Positions 60,258 through 64,000 of a stretch of DNA of 64,000 bases are shown in pieces. Position 1 is the stretch's first letter; the number at the start of each line of letters is the position of its first letter. The position numbers were made by a program, and so were the translations under genes. The notes below the pieces were generated by a model that did no database searches, was not told the origin of the DNA, and was given only the letters and a program-made list of their open reading frames with translations. The DNA is taken from the NCBI GenBank assembly GCA_964252075.1, contig CAXULY010000016.1, positions 1-64,000 of the forward strand, given 5' to 3'. This DNA is from an uncultured Deinococcaceae bacterium. GTDB taxonomy: Bacteria > Deinococcota > Deinococci > Deinococcales > Deinococcaceae.

Positions 60258-62129
60258 TCAGATCTCGATGGGCACGTCCACGCCGAGTTCCGCGAGCACC
60301 GTGCGGATGGCGGGTGCGTCAATGCCGCTTCTCGCGTGCACGCGCTCCACGCTGGCGTGCTCCTGGAATTCGTCCGGGATGCCCAGCACCCGCACGGGCG
60401 TGCGCAGGCCCAGGTCGCTGAGGGCTTCCAGCACCGCCGCGCCGAAGCCGCCCACCCGCGTGTTGTCCTCGACGGTCACGAGGGCGCGCGCGGAGGTGGC
60501 GACCTCGCGCAGCATCTTCAGGTCCAGCGGCTTCACGAAGCGGGCGTTCACGAGGCCCACGCCGGGCAGGTCCCGCACGGCCTCGCGCGCGTACTCCAGC
60601 GCCTTGCCGCCCGCCAGCACGACCACGTCGTCACCGTGCACGAGGCGCTCCCAGGTGCCCCACTCCAGCTCAGGCCACGTGCCCTCCGGCACGCGCGTGG
60701 TGTTCCCGCGCGGGTAGCGGATCGCGACGGGCCCTCCGAGCTTCCCGGCGGCCTTCAGCATGCCGCGCAGCTCGTACGCGTCCTTGGGCAGCCCGATGCG
60801 CACGCCGGGAATTTGGCGCATGAAGCTCAGGTCGAACACGCCGTTGTGCGTCGCGCCGTCCGCGCCGACCACGCCGCCGCGGTCCACCGCGAAGATCACG
60901 TCGAGGTCCTCGATGGCCACGTCGTGAATCACCTGGTCGAAGGCGCGCTGCAGGAAGGTGGAGTAGATCGCCACGATGGGCTTCATGCCTTGCAGCGCCA
61001 TGCCCGCCCCGACCGTCACGGCGACGTCTTCCGCGATGCCCACGTCCAGGTAGCGTTTGGGGTGCGTCTGGCTGTACTTCACGAGGCCGGAGCCCTCGCG
61101 CATGGCGGGCGTGATGACGAAGGTGCGGGGGTCCTGCGCGGCGAGTTCGGTGGCGGCGTCCCCGAAGGCGGCGCTCCACGACACGCTGTTCTTGTCCGCG
61201 CCGCTGCTGGGGGCCTCGCCCGTCTCCGGGTCGAACTTGCCGGGGCCGTGCCACTTGATGGGGTCCGCCTCCGCGTAGGGGAGGCCCTTGCCCTTGGTGG
61301 TGACCACGTGCAGGATGGTGGGCCCGTCCAGCTCCGAGAGTTTCTCCATCAGGTACACCAGTTCGCGCAGGTTGTGGCCGTCCACGGGCCCCACGTAGCG
61401 CACGCCCATCGCCGCGAAGGGGTTCACGCTGGCGGGATCGAAGAAGTGCCGGGTGCTGTCCTTCGCCCGCCCGATAAAGTCCGCGAGCCGCCCGCTGAAG
61501 GCGCCCACGGCTTTCTTGCCGGCGCTCTCGGACTCCTGGAACCACTTCTGCACCTGCAAGGTCCGCATGAACTTCCCGACCGCGCCGACGTTCTCGGAGA
61601 TGCTCATCTCGTTGTCGTTCAGGACGATCAGCATCTTCTTCTGCGTGTACCCGATCTGGTTCAGCGCGGCGAGCGCCATGCCGCCCGTGAGGGCGCCGTC
61701 GCCGATCACGGCGGCCACCTGGTAGTCCTCGCCGAGGCTGTCGCGCGCGAAGGCCATGCCGAGCGCGTTCGCGAGGCTGGTGCTGGCGTGCCCGACCGTG
61801 ATGGCGTCGTGCTCGCTCTCGCTCACCTTGGTGAAGCCCGAGAGGCCGCCTTCCTTCTTGATGGTCGCCATGAGGTCGCGGCGGCCCGTGAGCATCTTGT
61901 GCGCGTAGGCCTGGTGCCCCACGTCGAAGAGGATGCGGTCGCGCGGGGAGTTCAGCACGTAGTGCAGCGCCACGATGATCTCGACCGCGCCGAGGCTGGA
62001 CGCGAGGTGCCCGCCGCCGAGGCTGCACACCCGCACGATCTCGTCGCGCAGTTCCTGCGCGAGCGCCGGAAGCTCCTCGCGCTTGAGTTGCTTCAGGTCC
62101 TGCGGTGATTGAATGCGGTCGAGCAGCAT
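60258..62129 (-). CDS. dxs: 1-deoxy-D-xylulose-5-phosphate synthase
   Basis: Motifs [48 protein letters not shown] and DGATH. Confidence 0.98.
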   Translation of the reverse strand: MLLDRIQSPQDLKQLKREELPALAQELRDEIVRVCSLGGGHLASSLGAVEIIVALHYVLNSPRDRILFDVGHQAYAHKMLTGRRDLMATIKKEGGLSGFTKVSESEHDAITVGHASTSLANALGMAFARDSLGEDYQVAAVIGDGALTGGMALAALNQIGYTQKKMLIVLNDNEMSISENVGAVGKFMRTLQVQKWFQESESAGKKAVGAFSGRLADFIGRAKDSTRHFFDPASVNPFAAMGVRYVGPVDGHNLRELVYLMEKLSELDGPTILHVVTTKGKGLPYAEADPIKWHGPGKFDPETGEAPSSGADKNSVSWSAAFGDAATELAAQDPRTFVITPAMREGSGLVKYSQTHPKRYLDVGIAEDVAVTVGAGMALQGMKPIVAIYSTFLQRAFDQVIHDVAIEDLDVIFAVDRGGVVGADGATHNGVFDLSFMRQIPGVRIGLPKDAYELRGMLKAAGKLGGPVAIRYPRGNTTRVPEGTWPELEWGTWERLVHGDDVVVLAGGKALEYAREAVRDLPGVGLVNARFVKPLDLKMLREVATSARALVTVEDNTRVGGFGAAVLEALSDLGLRTPVRVLGIPDEFQEHASVERVHARSGIDAPAIRTVLAELGVDVPIEI

Positions 62130-62132
62130 GCC

Positions 62133-62789
62133 TTATTCCCCCTTGTAGTTCTTGCCGACCAGCAGCAGGCCCTCGGTGGTGCGCACGTCCCCCACGAAGG
62201 GCGTGAACCACGAGTCCTGGCTGGGCGGGAAGAGGCCGCCGAGGTCGTCGTTGATCTGGCGGTTCACGACCCACACCAGGTAGCTCTGGCTGTTCACGGT
62301 GATGCGCCGCTGGTCGGTGACGGTGTAGCGGTAGGTGGCGGTGCCGTCCTGCACCACCTTGCCGTCCTGAATGACCTGCACCTTGCTCTGGCCTTCCCAG
62401 GTGAGGCCGACCTTCCAGGCGTCCCGGGCGGGCGCCTCGCGCCACGGCGGGGTGAGGTTCACGGTGAGGCCGGGTTTCGTGAAGCCGTACAGCAGGATGC
62501 CGGTGTCACTCACCTGCCGGTACCACGTCTGGTCCGCGCCGCGCCCGGTGAGGCGAAAGGCGCTGGCGGGCTGGTTCCCGAAGACCGTGGCGCCCAGCGC
62601 ACTCAGCACGTACGGCGGCTGGTTCAGCTGGTCACCTTCGGGCACGTACGACCAGCTGAGTCCGCCCTGGTACGGGTAGAAACTCACGGCGTTCACGCTG
62701 GTGGTGGCGCTGGCGGTGCCAGGCGTCTGTGTGCGGGGCGCGCAGGCGGCGAGGGCCAGCGCGGCGGCGCACAGCAGGAGCTTGTTCAT
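62133..62789 (-). CDS. Uncharacterised beta-rich lipoprotein (218 aa)
   Basis: Lipobox MNKLLLCAAALALAAC. Motifs FYPY..G.SWSY and WFTPFVG.VR. TAAGCT -10 box upstream. Confidence 0.85.
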   Translation of the reverse strand: MNKLLLCAAALALAACAPRTQTPGTASATTSVNAVSFYPYQGGLSWSYVPEGDQLNQPPYVLSALGATVFGNQPASAFRLTGRGADQTWYRQVSDTGILLYGFTKPGLTVNLTPPWREAPARDAWKVGLTWEGQSKVQVIQDGKVVQDGTATYRYTVTDQRRITVNSQSYLVWVVNRQINDDLGGLFPPSQDSWFTPFVGDVRTTEGLLLVGKNYKGE

Positions 62790-62869
62790 CACGGTTAGCT
62801 TAGGGCGCGCGTCTCGGGTCACACTGTTGCCTTTCCTGAAGTTTGCTGGTGGTGAGGGGCGGACGGGCT

Positions 62870-63274
62870 TCAGGCGTTGAGGTGGTCGGCGGGCGCGGCA
62901 AGCTGGCGGCTGAGGTCCGCGAGTTCGCTGTCGACCGCCTCTCGGCGCTCCCGCATCTCGAACAGCTGGTTCTGCAGGGCCTCCATGGCGCTCACGGGCA
63001 GCTCGGCGGTGCGGCCACTCACCTGAATGCGGGCCAGCAGGGCGCTGCCCTCCCGCGCGAGGGTGTACGCCTGCTCCAGCAGCGCGCGGCGTTGCGGGTC
63101 GCGCGCGCCCGGGGTGTTCTGCAGCGCCTCGAAGCGCTCCCGGTAGGGGCTCAGCAGGGCGTTCAGGTCGTAGGCCGGCGGGGTGGGCGCGGCGTCCGGC
63201 TTGCGGGTGCGCCAGATGAGCCACAACCCGACCGCGACGAGCAGCAGCAGGGCAATCACGGTGACTGTGGCCAT
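62870..63274 (-). CDS. Membrane-anchored coiled-coil hypothetical protein
   Basis: N-terminal TM helix and helical C-terminus. TAGACT-N6-ATG promoter. Confidence 0.8.
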   Translation of the reverse strand: MATVTVIALLLLVAVGLWLIWRTRKPDAAPTPPAYDLNALLSPYRERFEALQNTPGARDPQRRALLEQAYTLAREGSALLARIQVSGRTAELPVSAMEALQNQLFEMRERREAVDSELADLSRQLAAPADHLNA

Positions 63275-63348
63275 GCCCGCAGTCTAGCCCAAGGGGCGCG
63301 CCGGCCCAGGGGCGTTTCGTCCCCGTGACCGGCGCGCGGCGTGGCGCT

Positions 63349-64000
63349 TCAGCTACCCTGCTCGCCCTGCACCTTGGCCTTGAGCGCCGCGAGTTCGTCG
63401 TCAATGGCGCGGTCGCGGCCCAGCTTGCTGAGCTGCGCGTCCAGGTCGCCGTCCTCGCGGAGGTCGCGCATGGCGCCCGCCTTGTCCTCCATGGCGCTCA
63501 CCTTGCGTTCCATGTCCTCGAAGGCGTTCATGGCGCCGCCGGACTTGTCGAAGCCGGACATGCGCTCCATGGTCTGGCTGGCCTGCGCGGTCTTCTGGCG
63601 GGCCTGCAGCAGTTCCTTCTTGGATTCCATCTCGTCGATCTTCGCTTCGAGGGCGCGCAGCTGGGTTTTCAGCTGGTCCACCATGCTGCTCTGCTGCGCG
63701 AGCTGCGCGTCGAAGCCCGCCGCGAGGTCCTGGTGGTTCTTCTTGCGGCGCAGCGCTTCGCGCGCGAGGTCCTCGCTGCCCGCGCGCAGGGCGTCCTCGG
63801 CTTTGGTGCCGTACTCCTGCGCGAGCCTGCGGTTGGTGTCGGCCTCGCGCTGCAGTTTGCTCTGCTGCGCCATGGAGTCCGCGACCTCGCTGCGCGCCTG
63901 CGTGTAGGCGTCGCGCATGTCGCGCAGGCTCTGCTCGATGATCTTGCCGGGGTCCTCGGCTTTGGAGATCAGGTCGTTCACGTTGGCGCGGATCAGGCGG
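63349..64000 (-). CDS. pspA: PspA/IM30 family protein, 5' end outside the window
   Basis: The frame stays open to the window edge (RLIRANVNDLISKAEDPGK). Motifs EDLAREAL and FEDMERKV. Confidence 0.95.
   Translation of the reverse strand, partial: RLIRANVNDLISKAEDPGKIIEQSLRDMRDAYTQARSEVADSMAQQSKLQREADTNRRLAQEYGTKAEDALRAGSEDLAREALRRKKNHQDLAAGFDAQLAQQSSMVDQLKTQLRALEAKIDEMESKKELLQARQKTAQASQTMERMSGFDKSGGAMNAFEDMERKVSAMEDKAGAMRDLREDGDLDAQLSKLGRDRAIDDELAALKAKVQGEQGS

Overview
Very GC-rich bacterial chromosomal window with about 60 protein genes. It is probably from a Deinococcus-like organism, inferred from the pervasive leaderless TANNNT-N6/7-start promoters, a C-type MnmA, an M29 aminopeptidase and the gene set. 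I found no rRNA, tRNA, CRISPR array, integrase or transposase. The first 14.7 kb is an IclR-associated uptake and catabolism cluster for an unknown peptide-like substrate. It has two family-5 binding proteins, one permease pair with no ATPase, two DUF885-type zincin proteins (one with an altered motif), M24 and M29 peptidases, and PanE-like, Gfo/Idh/MocA, SDR and RraA/HMG-aldolase-like enzymes. Four copies of a TTC(C)-N7-G(G)AA palindrome lie in its control region, two of them inside coding sequence. The most striking module is at 29.7-32.3 kb: a Re-citrate-synthase-like DRE-TIM enzyme sits head-to-head with an HTH/Si-citrate-synthase fusion across an operator-like spacer. Other highlights are an AdhR/NmlR-type MerR promoter with a 19-bp spacer, three candidate structured RNAs (46.0, 46.8 and 51.2 kb), a BKACE/beta-hydroxyacid dehydrogenase pair, three diguanylate cyclase-domain proteins and a dinB gene split by an in-frame TAG. 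The rest is housekeeping (pyrF, dacB, galE, lysA, mnmA, greA, purB, suhB, dxs, pspA) plus pullulanase, GH20 and transporters. All calls come from reading motifs by eye; no searches or folding programs were run.
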